Source: Bdellovibrionota bacterium (lineage in GTDB: Bacteria; Bdellovibrionota_C; UBA2361; JBGSMV01). From it: 64,000 bases of DNA. The notes under the pieces are model-generated. The model did not search any database, had not been told where the DNA came from, and was given only the letters and a program-made list of their open reading frames with translations. A program made the position numbers and the translations under genes. The DNA lies in NCBI GenBank assembly GCA_041739995.1, contig JBGSMV010000043.1, positions 24,471-88,470 of the forward strand, read 5' to 3'. This document shows, piece after piece, positions 10,167 to 19,115 of this stretch (position 1 is its first letter; each line of letters begins with the position of its first letter).

Positions 10167-11945
10167 ATGAACAACGCCAACCCAAAGATCCCCAAAGCTA
10201 AGAGTGGCCGGTTCACTTGGACGGCGTTCTTCTGCTTAACTACACTTCTGGCCACCTTTGATCCAAACTTGGCACATGCCCAATTCGTTCCGGCTGGTCC
10301 CGCGCCGCTTTCGCGCGGCGTGGCGGGCAGTGTTTCAAATGGGGCAAGTGTGCGTCCCTCCGTGGCGCCAAATGGGCAGTTTGCTGCCTTCGCCAGCTCA
10401 GCTTCCAACCTCGTTCCCATGGATACAAATGGTGTCTCTGACATATTCGTCGCCGACACCGACCAACGTAACTTGACTCGCGTCAGCGTGAACAACCAGG
10501 GACAACAAGGCGATGCCGCATCGACTGAACCATCAATTAGTCCGATCGCGCCCGATGGATTCTACGCGGTGACTTTTGTTTCGAGCTCTACCAATTTCGG
10601 CCGGGCACCAATGCCGAACGCCCCCCAAAATATTATCTTTCGAGCACCTACGCTCAGTCTTTCAGCAATCGTTACATTTGGAACAGGCCCAACCGCCGCG
10701 AATGGAGATAGCGAAAGTCCCTCAACCACGATTATTCCAGCACCAAATCGCATTTTAGTCGCTTATGCCTCAAACGCGTCGAACCTGGTCACCAACGATG
10801 CTAACTCCTTCAAAGACGTCTTCTTTGCTTCAATCCGACGGCCTGAAAAAGCTGCAGGAGAGGAATTCCCGGACCTGGTAAGCACAACCTTGGTAAGTAT
10901 CAACTCGCTTGGTGAGGCGGCAGACGGCGAGAGCAGCACTCCTAAAATTAGCGGCGACGGAAAGATGATCGTTTTTTCCTCGGTCGCGTCAAACCTTCTT
11001 GCAGGACGAGAAATCTCGGGAACCCAGATTTATCTGTATAATATTCAAAAACGGAGCCTCAGCATCGTAAGCCAAGATTCCGGGGGAAATGAGGCGAACG
11101 GCACCTGCACCTCACCGTCCATCAGCTTCAATGGCAGATATGTTTTGTATAATACCACCGCCACCAATATCGTCTCCAATCCAGAAATGGACGGGGTAGC
11201 TTTAGTGCTCTACGACACGTTTACGGGAGTGAGCCAGCGTGTGAATAGCGCCGTGGGCGGGGAGCCGGGAGACGGGGTTCCCGATGGAGCCAGCGTCTCT
11301 CCCGATGGCCGCTTTGTAGGATTTTCAGACACCTCCACCAATCTGATACCGAATGACACGAATGCAGTGGAAGATATTTTCATTAAAGATCTTGAAAGCG
11401 GTGCAGTAGAGCGCATTAGCGTCGGGCCTAACGGACAAGGAAATGCAACGAGTGACAGCCCAAGTTTCGGTGGAGCCTCGTTTAATAGCAGCACCGGCCT
11501 CTTTACGTTCCGCTCGTTCAGTACGAACCTTGGAGATCCAAACCTGCCTCCACCGTCTGGACTCGGGGACATCTTCCTTGTTCGTATTGGCCTCCCTAAG
11601 CCACCGCTTACCAGAGATACCCGCCTCGAAGTTCCGGCTGACGTGTCTGTCTCCAAACGTAAAGCCATCGTCTCCACTCTAGAATTCGGAGAGGTCGATC
11701 TTTCCGCCGAGGGCAGCCAGGTCGAAACCAGTGCTACCACGGTGAAGTACGATGTGAGGGTGAACGGCACGGGAAGCATCAAAAACGAACGCTACCGAAA
11801 GGTCTCCAAGCGAAATACCACGACCTTTCGGAATTTGCCTTCCGGAACTTATAAATCTCGCTATCGCGTCGTTTCTTCAACTGGAGGTGGTACGACTTCG
11901 CGCTCCAGCTATAGCCCTATTCAGCGGTTTAAGATCAGTCGGTAG
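10167..11945 (+). CDS. Secreted TolB/PD40-like beta-propeller protein with a basic C-terminal beta domain
   Basis: Signal peptide (AHA|Q); repeats of SxxGxFxxFxSxAxNLxxxDTNxxxDIFxxD. Confidence 0.8.
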   Translation: MNNANPKIPKAKSGRFTWTAFFCLTTLLATFDPNLAHAQFVPAGPAPLSRGVAGSVSNGASVRPSVAPNGQFAAFASSASNLVPMDTNGVSDIFVADTDQRNLTRVSVNNQGQQGDAASTEPSISPIAPDGFYAVTFVSSSTNFGRAPMPNAPQNIIFRAPTLSLSAIVTFGTGPTAANGDSESPSTTIIPAPNRILVAYASNASNLVTNDANSFKDVFFASIRRPEKAAGEEFPDLVSTTLVSINSLGEAADGESSTPKISGDGKMIVFSSVASNLLAGREISGTQIYLYNIQKRSLSIVSQDSGGNEANGTCTSPSISFNGRYVLYNTTATNIVSNPEMDGVALVLYDTFTGVSQRVNSAVGGEPGDGVPDGASVSPDGRFVGFSDTSTNLIPNDTNAVEDIFIKDLESGAVERISVGPNGQGNATSDSPSFGGASFNSSTGLFTFRSFSTNLGDPNLPPPSGLGDIFLVRIGLPKPPLTRDTRLEVPADVSVSKRKAIVSTLEFGEVDLSAEGSQVETSATTVKYDVRVNGTGSIKNERYRKVSKRNTTTFRNLPSGTYKSRYRVVSSTGGGTTSRSSYSPIQRFKISR

Positions 11946-11977
11946 CGCGACCGACTCATTTGGTGACCTTTTGAAAC

Positions 11978-12099
11978 CTGGTGTGGGACTACTTTACTGC
12001 TGGGTTGTTTTACTCACCGGCGCTTGCTCCCTGGTAGGTAACCCATTGGAGTTATTAGCTAATATTTCAGATACACAGTAAAAAGTAGCCCCGCACCAG
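11978..12099. repeat. About 120-bp element bounded by imperfect 22-24 bp inverted repeats (MITE/REP-like)
   Basis: CTGGTGTGGGACTACTTTACTG (11978-11999) versus CAGTAAAAAGTAGCCCCGCACCAG (12076-12099); lies between convergent genes. Confidence 0.5.
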
Positions 12100-12194
12100 T
12101 AGACGGGAACAAATTCTAACGCCTGACGCGAAGCGCCGAGCGACGCAACGAGGAACTCCCTCTAGCGAGAAATGGCTGCGCACCAGCAGAGAAA

Positions 12195-14558
12195 CTACCG
12201 TGGGTGCTTGCCGCCGTCGGTGAACCCGGCAATGAATGATCGAACGCGACTCGGTCCCCATCCAGGAAAATAGCCGCGGTCCTTATCCAATCGTCGCAAA
12301 CCACTCCGCCCCCTCCGAACAAGCGAATCTCCAGCCACAGCACCCAAACCTAGAAAGCTGCCCAACAGGACGTACGCCGACCAGGGATGCGCCAAGATAG
12401 CTCTAGACAGATTTTCGACGCGAAGATCGTTAACGGACTTCCCTGGGATAGTTTCAATCATTCGCGTGCTGGGTGAGTAGCGCCGCATATCAGCTCCCAC
12501 GTAAGTAAAACTTAAAAAGCGCCCGTCCTGATCAAGCTCCATTTCAGGGGCAGCGGTCGTTCGATTTGGTGCTATCACGTAACAGTCGGGAGCAGCGTCA
12601 ATAAACAGTTGCTGAATATTTCTTACCCCGCCTTCTTGTCCGCCCGTCGAACAGCTCACAAAAGCTATCGTACCACCGGGCTTCATGAACTTTCCTATAT
12701 CCTGCACGTACTTGTCATCCGTAGACTCCAGTCGCTCGTCCCGAACGAATGCGGAGAAGCTTCCCCAAGCGATCTGTCCCTCAAACCCGTGTGCAATCGG
12801 TATGAACAGCTCCACCTTTCCTGGTAGTTCCGAAGCAACCTGCTTCATAGTTCTCGCAAACTCATCCTGTTTTCCAAGCTCAAAATAAACTACTCGATAT
12901 GCTGCGGTGAGCCTATCGATGATATCCGACTTTCGGTGTTCAGCAGGATTGTTGAGTGTCGCAAAAGCGTCGTTGTGATCACTCTGCGAAGAGGCCGCTA
13001 TTACAAGCGCGAAGGGACGATCGTCCTGCGTTCGCAGTGATATGAGATCGGAGAGAGGAGTGAGTGGCGACAGTCGTTCGCGAGTCTCTGCATCGGACAG
13101 GAGTGTTCGCTGGCGAATAATCTCCCCTGCATTATCAAACCGCTCAATCCCCTGAATGTTAAGAATCTCAAGTGACTTAAGGCCATTAAAGGCACTCCTA
13201 AGCTGCGCAGAGTTGACCACTCCGAACCGAAGGATCTCAGCTGCTACCGCCCTCGGGTTCGAAAAGAATAGGTCCGCACTCAATCCAGCCCAGCCCCCAC
13301 CGCGCTCCCCAAATTCCGCCTCGCCAGCAGTGATAAGCCAGGCCAACTCAGGGACGCGCAGACCCCATTCAGCCATGAAGGGTGAATACGTGACGGAATC
13401 CAGTTCATCAGTACACCCCGCCTGAAGGTACCGATTGGCAATTAATCGAACGTGTAGAACGACGTCCGGATACACCGACAACACTGGCGAGAGATCGGCT
13501 AAGTCATCAAGACGCTGCATCGAATCAAGAAGCTCTTTGCGCTTCGTTCGATCTGCGAAGCGCTCGATCAGGATCGAACGAACTTCCGGGAGCATGTACA
13601 TTGTTCGCAAAAATGGAGAGTTCGGATCGTCCCGAATGTCCTCAAGCTTTAGGGCCTCAGTAGCGCCGTACAATTCCGGTGGTAGAAATGGCATGAAGCC
13701 CGCCTTCTCTGAGATTGCCATGGCCTCCCTAACCAACCGGCCAAGAATCGGGTCCTCAAACGACTGTGGTTCAAGGTCAGAAACAAGAAGCTCGATAACC
13801 AGCCGAGCGACTATCGGCCTTTCAGAAAGTGGTATTGCATCAAGCAACTGCCTACAATTTTCCGCCACTGCAGTGAGGCTCAGCCCGAACCTTCCTCCGA
13901 GAAGGATCGCGCGAGCTCGATCCTCAACAGTCCCTTGTTGTGTCGTCTCTTCCCAAAACTGCCGAACCGGCTGGGCGGAGAGTGTCCAAATTGGCATTGC
14001 TTCAAGGCACACTAACCTTTCCGAGACCGAATGAGTGTCCATTGAGCGAAAGCCATTCGAATATACCTCTCGCAGGTCATCCTCTAAACGCTTCCGCGTA
14101 GCGAGATCTGGCTCAGCTTCCACTATCCTCTCTAAAACGAATGAGACATTAGGATAAAATAAATTTTCTCTCTGCCAAATCAACGGATTAGACGAAAACA
14201 CCTCCAACGGGATGACCGCTAGTTCCTTGCGGGTGAGCTCATAGAAGATTTCTGTGAGTGCCGATGCAATCTGCGGACTCGCCCAAAGTGCGGGTGGCAT
14301 TTCGGTGAGAAATTGTTTGCGTTGCGATCCGGTAAGCAGCGCAGCAGCTACAAGATCGGCGTCGGACTTTTCTGCTTCGGTAAGCTCCTCCCAACGAGTG
14401 ATACCAATCCGGACTTCTCGAATCGTCTCAGGTCGATCGCGCTGTCGAGTGACACCGACCGGGGGCTCCCCTCCTTCTTGCGCACACGTTAGCGGTGGCA
14501 TACTTAGGGCAGCCATGGCCACGAAAGCAGTCGCACTTCTATTCTGTTTCATAAGCAT
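12195..14558 (-). CDS. Large exported protein with putative His-Cys (caspase-hemoglobinase-like) domain and C-terminal TM helix
   Basis: Signal peptide; DHNDAF, IPIAHG and IAFVSCSTG; hydrophobic WSAYVLLGSFLGLGAVA followed by a basic tail. Confidence 0.6.
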   Translation of the reverse strand: MLMKQNRSATAFVAMAALSMPPLTCAQEGGEPPVGVTRQRDRPETIREVRIGITRWEELTEAEKSDADLVAAALLTGSQRKQFLTEMPPALWASPQIASALTEIFYELTRKELAVIPLEVFSSNPLIWQRENLFYPNVSFVLERIVEAEPDLATRKRLEDDLREVYSNGFRSMDTHSVSERLVCLEAMPIWTLSAQPVRQFWEETTQQGTVEDRARAILLGGRFGLSLTAVAENCRQLLDAIPLSERPIVARLVIELLVSDLEPQSFEDPILGRLVREAMAISEKAGFMPFLPPELYGATEALKLEDIRDDPNSPFLRTMYMLPEVRSILIERFADRTKRKELLDSMQRLDDLADLSPVLSVYPDVVLHVRLIANRYLQAGCTDELDSVTYSPFMAEWGLRVPELAWLITAGEAEFGERGGGWAGLSADLFFSNPRAVAAEILRFGVVNSAQLRSAFNGLKSLEILNIQGIERFDNAGEIIRQRTLLSDAETRERLSPLTPLSDLISLRTQDDRPFALVIAASSQSDHNDAFATLNNPAEHRKSDIIDRLTAAYRVVYFELGKQDEFARTMKQVASELPGKVELFIPIAHGFEGQIAWGSFSAFVRDERLESTDDKYVQDIGKFMKPGGTIAFVSCSTGGQEGGVRNIQQLFIDAAPDCYVIAPNRTTAAPEMELDQDGRFLSFTYVGADMRRYSPSTRMIETIPGKSVNDLRVENLSRAILAHPWSAYVLLGSFLGLGAVAGDSLVRRGRSGLRRLDKDRGYFPGWGPSRVRSFIAGFTDGGKHPR

Positions 14559-14901
14559 TCTCTAATTCAATTGTTCTTAAGTTCAGGCCCGCTCAGATAT
14601 ATAGTCAGAACATTCGTGCCGCAGTTGAATACCTACGCTGTTTGTCTTAATGCGACGTCCCCCACTGCACCGTCTCGGGATCCAGCGACGGGCTGTTAAG
14701 GAGAAGATTTGCCCCGCACCAGAAGGGAAAGAGGTGAAATTTGAGAATTTGGCTAATCCTAGGATGAGGAGCCCGGCTCTAGCCGAGAATTCTGACGAGG
14801 GAGCGATACCGGCGTTTCCTCGGACCGCCCCCCTCGATTAACGATTCCTTAGCGATTAGGGCACTAGGAGAAGGCTACCTCGAGTTATTGATCATGAACT
14901 C

Positions 14902-15363
14902 TCAAGTCTCCCCCGACCCTACCTGCATCACTCGAACTCTCAGGTATTTGGCCTTTGGAGCTATGATGACCTTTGCTGAAAGATACTCGGGAGATTCCCA
15001 TCCCACTGTTCTTGACTTGAAAACTCTCCAGTTTAACTTTGTGTCGCTTTCATCCCTCCGTCCGACCGCCTGAAGAAACATGACTTCAACATCATCTGCG
15101 CCGTATTCGATCTGACCTTTAAGTACACTTACTCGGCACGTGATCTCCTCCGGGGCTCTGCGAACTTGACGAAGCTGAAAGCCAGAAGGGACGTGCTCAA
15201 TGAAAAAGTACGAACGGCATTTTTCACTCACGAAGGGAATCAGATAGGCATCAGAAGTCGGATGCAGCCCCGGCGATTCACTCTCGGCATGTACCCGAGC
15301 CGCTCCGCTCAGAAGAAGCAGAGAAAGAACAACTCCGATGGTGCTTAGCCTGTTGGTGGTCAT
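14902..15363 (-). CDS. Hypothetical secreted protein
   Basis: Signal peptide (VHA|E), AGGAGA RBS, two Cys. Confidence 0.7.
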   Translation of the reverse strand: MTTNRLSTIGVVLSLLLLSGAARVHAESESPGLHPTSDAYLIPFVSEKCRSYFFIEHVPSGFQLRQVRRAPEEITCRVSVLKGQIEYGADDVEVMFLQAVGRRDESDTKLNWRVFKSRTVGWESPEYLSAKVIIAPKAKYLRVRVMQVGSGET

Positions 15364-15418
15364 ATGCTTTGGTCTCCTTTAGTGTTTTACGGTTTGACAA
15401 TACAAAATTATTCAACAA

Positions 15419-15892
15419 TTACTCGCTTGCAGTGCTTGAAGGGTATTTAAGATTAGTACTAGCTGTGATGAGTCTTCGCTGTCCCGGCAACAACTCAAGC
15501 GAGGCATATAGGTCGCGGGACACTTGACCGGAGTTTGTCGGGGCCACACTTCGCCTTGCGAATACTTGGGACTGGAGACGCCCTTGGGGGCGTACCGGGT
15601 GAGAGAAGAATGCCACGTTATAGCGTTTCGGAAGTTCGGGGAGATTCTGCTGGGCGATGCGAAAGGTGCAGGCCTGCCGAGATCTGACTTTTCGTCTCTG
15701 GGACAGTATGCCGTCGATATGGCTACGTCCCTTGAAGAGTCCTCGACATGGGCGCATAACTTCGACCTTCAGAAGCCCTGGGCGTAACCCTTCTAAGGGC
15801 AACGGCTCGATATCTGCTGCCTGAGCGTTTTGAAGAGTTACGAGGAATGCAGCCATCGTGATCGCGAAGAAGACCGTGCGGTTCATATGCAT
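15419..15892 (-). CDS. Hypothetical secreted basic protein
   Basis: Signal peptide (AQA|A), GGAGAG RBS, two Cys; 55 bp upstream of the next gene. Confidence 0.7.
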   Translation of the reverse strand: MHMNRTVFFAITMAAFLVTLQNAQAADIEPLPLEGLRPGLLKVEVMRPCRGLFKGRSHIDGILSQRRKVRSRQACTFRIAQQNLPELPKRYNVAFFSHPVRPQGRLQSQVFARRSVAPTNSGQVSRDLYASLELLPGQRRLITASTNLKYPSSTASE

Positions 15893-15987
15893 CTCTCCAA
15901 ATTAGACTAACAACCTTTCGGGGCAGCAGAACTCACCGCCGCTGTTTTCAAAAAGGTTATTCGCCACCGGCCGCACTCCGTAACTTA

Positions 15988-16012
15988 AATACTGGCTGTT
16001 TCAGCCATTACT
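15988..16012. promoter_or_regulatory. ACTGG-N9-CCA(G/T)T palindromic site, copy 3
   Basis: AAT ACTGG CTGTTTCAG CCATT ACT, about 100 bp upstream of the gene starting at 15892. Confidence 0.5.
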
Positions 16013-16351
16013 CTAATTCGACGCTTAGAACTACTTGTAAGAGATATTAAATTATATATCATAATATCAATGGATTAACTTGGTTTTTGCCAAAACTCGC
16101 GTCCACAAAGACTGGCTGAAAAAACCTTGAATATTGCTCAAAGGCGCGTCCTCTTTGCGCTAAACTTAAACGAAGGCCGAGCGGCAGACAGGTGCCGGGA
16201 GTTGAATGTCTTCGTTAAAACGTCCTTTTGTACGTAGAACTGGAATGATTGAACCAGGCACCGCAAAGGTTACGGGTACAACACAGTGAAAGTGCTCGGT
16301 GCAACAATGGCACTATAGAAGACTCTAGGGATTTGGCAGAACTAGATCGAG

Positions 16352-16600
16352 CTAGGGCACCTCAGCCACGACACAGGTTGCAGTGAGCGTTTCTTCGCAT
16401 TTCTCGCCGGGGTTTCCGTTGCTCTGGGTCGGTCCACCTGTTGTGGCATGCTCGCCGCCGAGTGATGCAACCTGAAGAGAGGCATTCCTTACTTGCAAAT
16501 TGAGAGCGCCGCCTAAGGTCGAGATGGCGAATAACCCGATAGAGAATACCGTGACGATGAGAAGGGCGTATTCAGTAATGGAGCCGCGGTCATTTCTCAT
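16352..16600 (-). CDS. Flp/Tad-like prepilin with Cys-containing C-terminal extension
   Basis: MRNDRG|SITEYALLI followed by a hydrophobic helix (Flp-like EY motif, E at +4 rather than +5). Confidence 0.6.
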   Translation of the reverse strand: MRNDRGSITEYALLIVTVFSIGLFAISTLGGALNLQVRNASLQVASLGGEHATTGGPTQSNGNPGEKCEETLTATCVVAEVP

Positions 16601-16928
16601 TTCAACCTACCAAACAATAAAGACACCCCCATTTCTCTGGATTCTGGTCGCTTGCTTCTCTCGCTTTTAAGAAAGCGCCTCAATTCATTGTTTCGCCTAA
16701 CGGGCATGTAGGAAAAAACCGTAGTCCAACCACTCGTAATGCACTTGCGGTCGAATTAAATAGACTCCCCACTCCCACCAAGCTCAGAACCCGTTCCCAC
16801 TCTGGCGAGTTTGGCCTGGAACCCCGAGCAATGACTCTACGCCTCAACTATTTAGCTGAGAGGTTTTAAATGCCCTCTATTCACATAGCTATCTGCTGGT
16901 TCAGGACCTCGAAACCCACCATACTCAT

Positions 16929-16953
16929 TTCACTGGTCATTTTAGCCAGTATT
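16929..16953. promoter_or_regulatory. ACTGG-N9-CCAGT palindromic site, copy 2
   Basis: TTC ACTGG TCATTTTAG CCAGT ATT in the divergent intergenic region between the Flp-like gene and the 17479 gene. Confidence 0.55.
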
Positions 16954-17478
16954 AAGACACATCGCCGCGCCCCCTCAACATAATCCTCTTTATTGATTCT
17001 AACCTCTGTCGAGAGCTTGCAGAATGAAACGTCAAAGCGGTCGCATTTCCTTCCTCATCACTTCGCTGAGTGCTCACAGGCCTTCCTTTCTGAGAGTCAC
17101 TTCAATACCCGATTCGACGTTTTTCTGTTGGGGGACCCATCTCACTCAAAGGGTGCGCAGTATGTCCACAATCCGCACGAATCCGTCACTCCGAGCCGCA
17201 CAGAACTTAAGAACCTATCAGGAATTCCCCACCAGCGATTCGTCCTCATTACTCCACGCTAGGAATGTTTGTACCCGGCCACTTCTCTCGCCACGCCATA
17301 TCTTCGCCACCATCAATAGCACTTCGCTCTCGACCTCAAGCGATCTTACGCCAAACTCGCCGCACGGAGATTTCAACAGCGTTGAAAGATTTAGTTCTGT
17401 AGTTTTCTCGGGTCGGGTCGGGGATTTCGCCCCAACACGAGCCTCTAGGAGCTGCAGGTTTTTGTATAGGAATAGAAA

Positions 17479-17892
17479 ATGAAACTGATGAATGTACTTA
17501 TTCTTGCATTCTTCGCTACTTTCTCGGGAAGCGCCTTTGCGCAGTCTCAATCGGATAGTGGCCCCACGAGTTCAATGACCCGCACGCCCACGGCACGCGC
17601 CTATGGCTACGTACGGGATGGGCAAGTGGACCGCTCCCGCTCAAGTCGAAATCTACAGGTGCGACAGGTCGGCGTAGGACACTACTGCCTACGGGTACGA
17701 GGACTCTCACGAACAGAAGTTCTTCCGGTCATCTCACCCGACTTTAGTTTTACGGATTGTCTCCAGACTTTCCCAAAAATCATAAGCTCGATGAACAGCG
17801 GGTGCGAACAGGATGAGTTTGGAGTGCTGAATTTCTGCACCGACGAGCTCCCCACCGCAAAGGATCTCGCCTTTACAGTCATATTTCCTTAA
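17479..17892 (+). CDS. Hypothetical secreted protein with small beta-sandwich domain
   Basis: Signal peptide (AFA|Q); AYGYV...VRQVGVGHYCL...FTVIFP resembles C-terminal heads of collagen-like/tail-fibre proteins; four Cys. Confidence 0.7.
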   Translation: MKLMNVLILAFFATFSGSAFAQSQSDSGPTSSMTRTPTARAYGYVRDGQVDRSRSSRNLQVRQVGVGHYCLRVRGLSRTEVLPVISPDFSFTDCLQTFPKIISSMNSGCEQDEFGVLNFCTDELPTAKDLAFTVIFP

Positions 17893-17906
17893 TATATAGA
17901 GATTTT

Positions 17907-17960
17907 TGAGCCTCCCCATTTGCGGAGCGTCCAGTATTGGCTCCAAAGGGGGGAGGCTCA
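17907..17960. terminator. Long hairpin between convergent genes (probable bidirectional terminator)
   Basis: TGAGCCTCCCC ... GGGGAGGCTCA outer stem and GGAGC/GCTCC inner stem. Confidence 0.55.
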
Positions 17961-17971
17961 TTTAGTCGAAA

Positions 17972-18805
17972 CTAGGTATCTTCCTCAGTAGATCGCGCCT
18001 CGGTCACGCTAAAAGCCGACAGGCAAACCTTCCCCCCGCCTTGGGCCGTTGTCAGATCAGGGTTCAAATCTTTATCAAACTGAGCGATGAAAGCTCTTGC
18101 TCTCGAATGGAAATCCTTGCCTTCTTCAATCAACCATTGCCGAATCGTCGTGAGGTTACGAGGCACGATATTATCGAACTCGGTATGTATATGAAGATTC
18201 GTGATGTGCTGAGGCGCAAGAATATTTTCCTCCGTACTCCGTATCAGCCCGTCTATATCCTTTGCCACCAGATCGAAGGCCTCAAGCGGCTCTTGGTCAA
18301 GCGGCACGACTTTATAGATAAGCTCAAGCGAGTCGTCGACTCTCTGCACAAACTTACGCCTCTCAAACTCGAACTGAACGGTTCCAGGATTTAAAGTCGT
18401 GCTCACTCTCTCACAAAGACGCTTAAATTCAGCACTTCGCCCTTTGAAAGTAAGAATACGAGGAACTCCTGGTTTCTCTGAAAAATGTGGGTCAAACTGC
18501 CACTGCGCTATCACACGTGCCAGCAGGTTCTTAGAAGGAGAAACATCCTCCTCATTCATCTTGAGCAAACGACGAATCTCTGGTCGGCGGATTCCGGTAA
18601 CGGCGCTTAACCTACTCACATTAGGTTTAAGCTGTTGCGCCCCCAAGTCTTCGGCCGCAACCTCGACAAACCCCTGCTTAAGAATTTCTACCAGATCCTG
18701 CAGGGAGCAGGACGAGCGCACACACAGACGCACAAGCGGTAGGACAAGCCGCTTCAACGCCTTGCTCTTTAGCGTCGGATCTATCTTCGCCCAGTGACTT
18801 ACCAT
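17972..18805 (-). CDS. DUF6502 family protein (HTH-like N-terminus)
   Basis: PLVRL...EILKQGFVEVA...NVSRLSAVTGIRRPEIRRL...RVIAQW..DP.F...F..L...S pattern recognised as DUF6502. Confidence 0.8.
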   Translation of the reverse strand: MVSHWAKIDPTLKSKALKRLVLPLVRLCVRSSCSLQDLVEILKQGFVEVAAEDLGAQQLKPNVSRLSAVTGIRRPEIRRLLKMNEEDVSPSKNLLARVIAQWQFDPHFSEKPGVPRILTFKGRSAEFKRLCERVSTTLNPGTVQFEFERRKFVQRVDDSLELIYKVVPLDQEPLEAFDLVAKDIDGLIRSTEENILAPQHITNLHIHTEFDNIVPRNLTTIRQWLIEEGKDFHSRARAFIAQFDKDLNPDLTTAQGGGKVCLSAFSVTEARSTEEDT

Positions 18806-18969
18806 GCGTTTTTGGATGAATTGGCCATTAAATGTCCTTCGACACGACTACGACTTAGCTGGAGAACTAGCGGCCAAATATCTCCTAAGATTAAATATAT
18901 TAGCGTGTTAAATCAGAAAGCAGAGCGTATCAGCTAAATACTCTAAGTCGCATATGTCAGGCTATACCA

Positions 18970-18998
18970 AAATTACTGGTCACAGTGACCAGTAATTT
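18970..18998. promoter_or_regulatory. Perfect 29-bp palindrome (14-1-14), candidate operator
   Basis: AAATTACTGGTCAC-A-GTGACCAGTAATTT between the divergent DUF6502 and secreted-peptide genes. Confidence 0.75.
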
Positions 18999-19011
18999 GT
19001 GTCCTCCTACC

Positions 19012-19027
19012 TGGCACGCCCTTTGCT
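19012..19027 (+). promoter_or_regulatory. sigma54 (-24/-12) promoter
   Basis: TGGCACG-CCCT-TTGCT matches TGGCACG-N4-TTGCW exactly, about 90 bp upstream of ATG 19116. Confidence 0.75.
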
Positions 19028-19115
19028 TTACTCTTTCCTCGACGCACGCTGCCCCACCACCACGGTGAGCCTCGCGGCTCACAGGCGTGCGTCACATTTT
19101 TTCCAAAGAGGTTTT

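Noticed and set aside
10167..11945. tolB
   Set aside because: It lacks the TolB N-terminal domain, has a different repeat type, and is not in a tol-pal operon.
16993..17550. Overlapping ORFs of 89-152 aa
   Set aside because: No recognisable motifs and they are mutually overlapping; I cannot support any, although a decayed gene is possible.
18999..19115. Upstream GTG start of the Cys-rich protein
   Set aside because: It would run through the sigma54 promoter; ATG 19116 has an RBS and begins a signal peptide.
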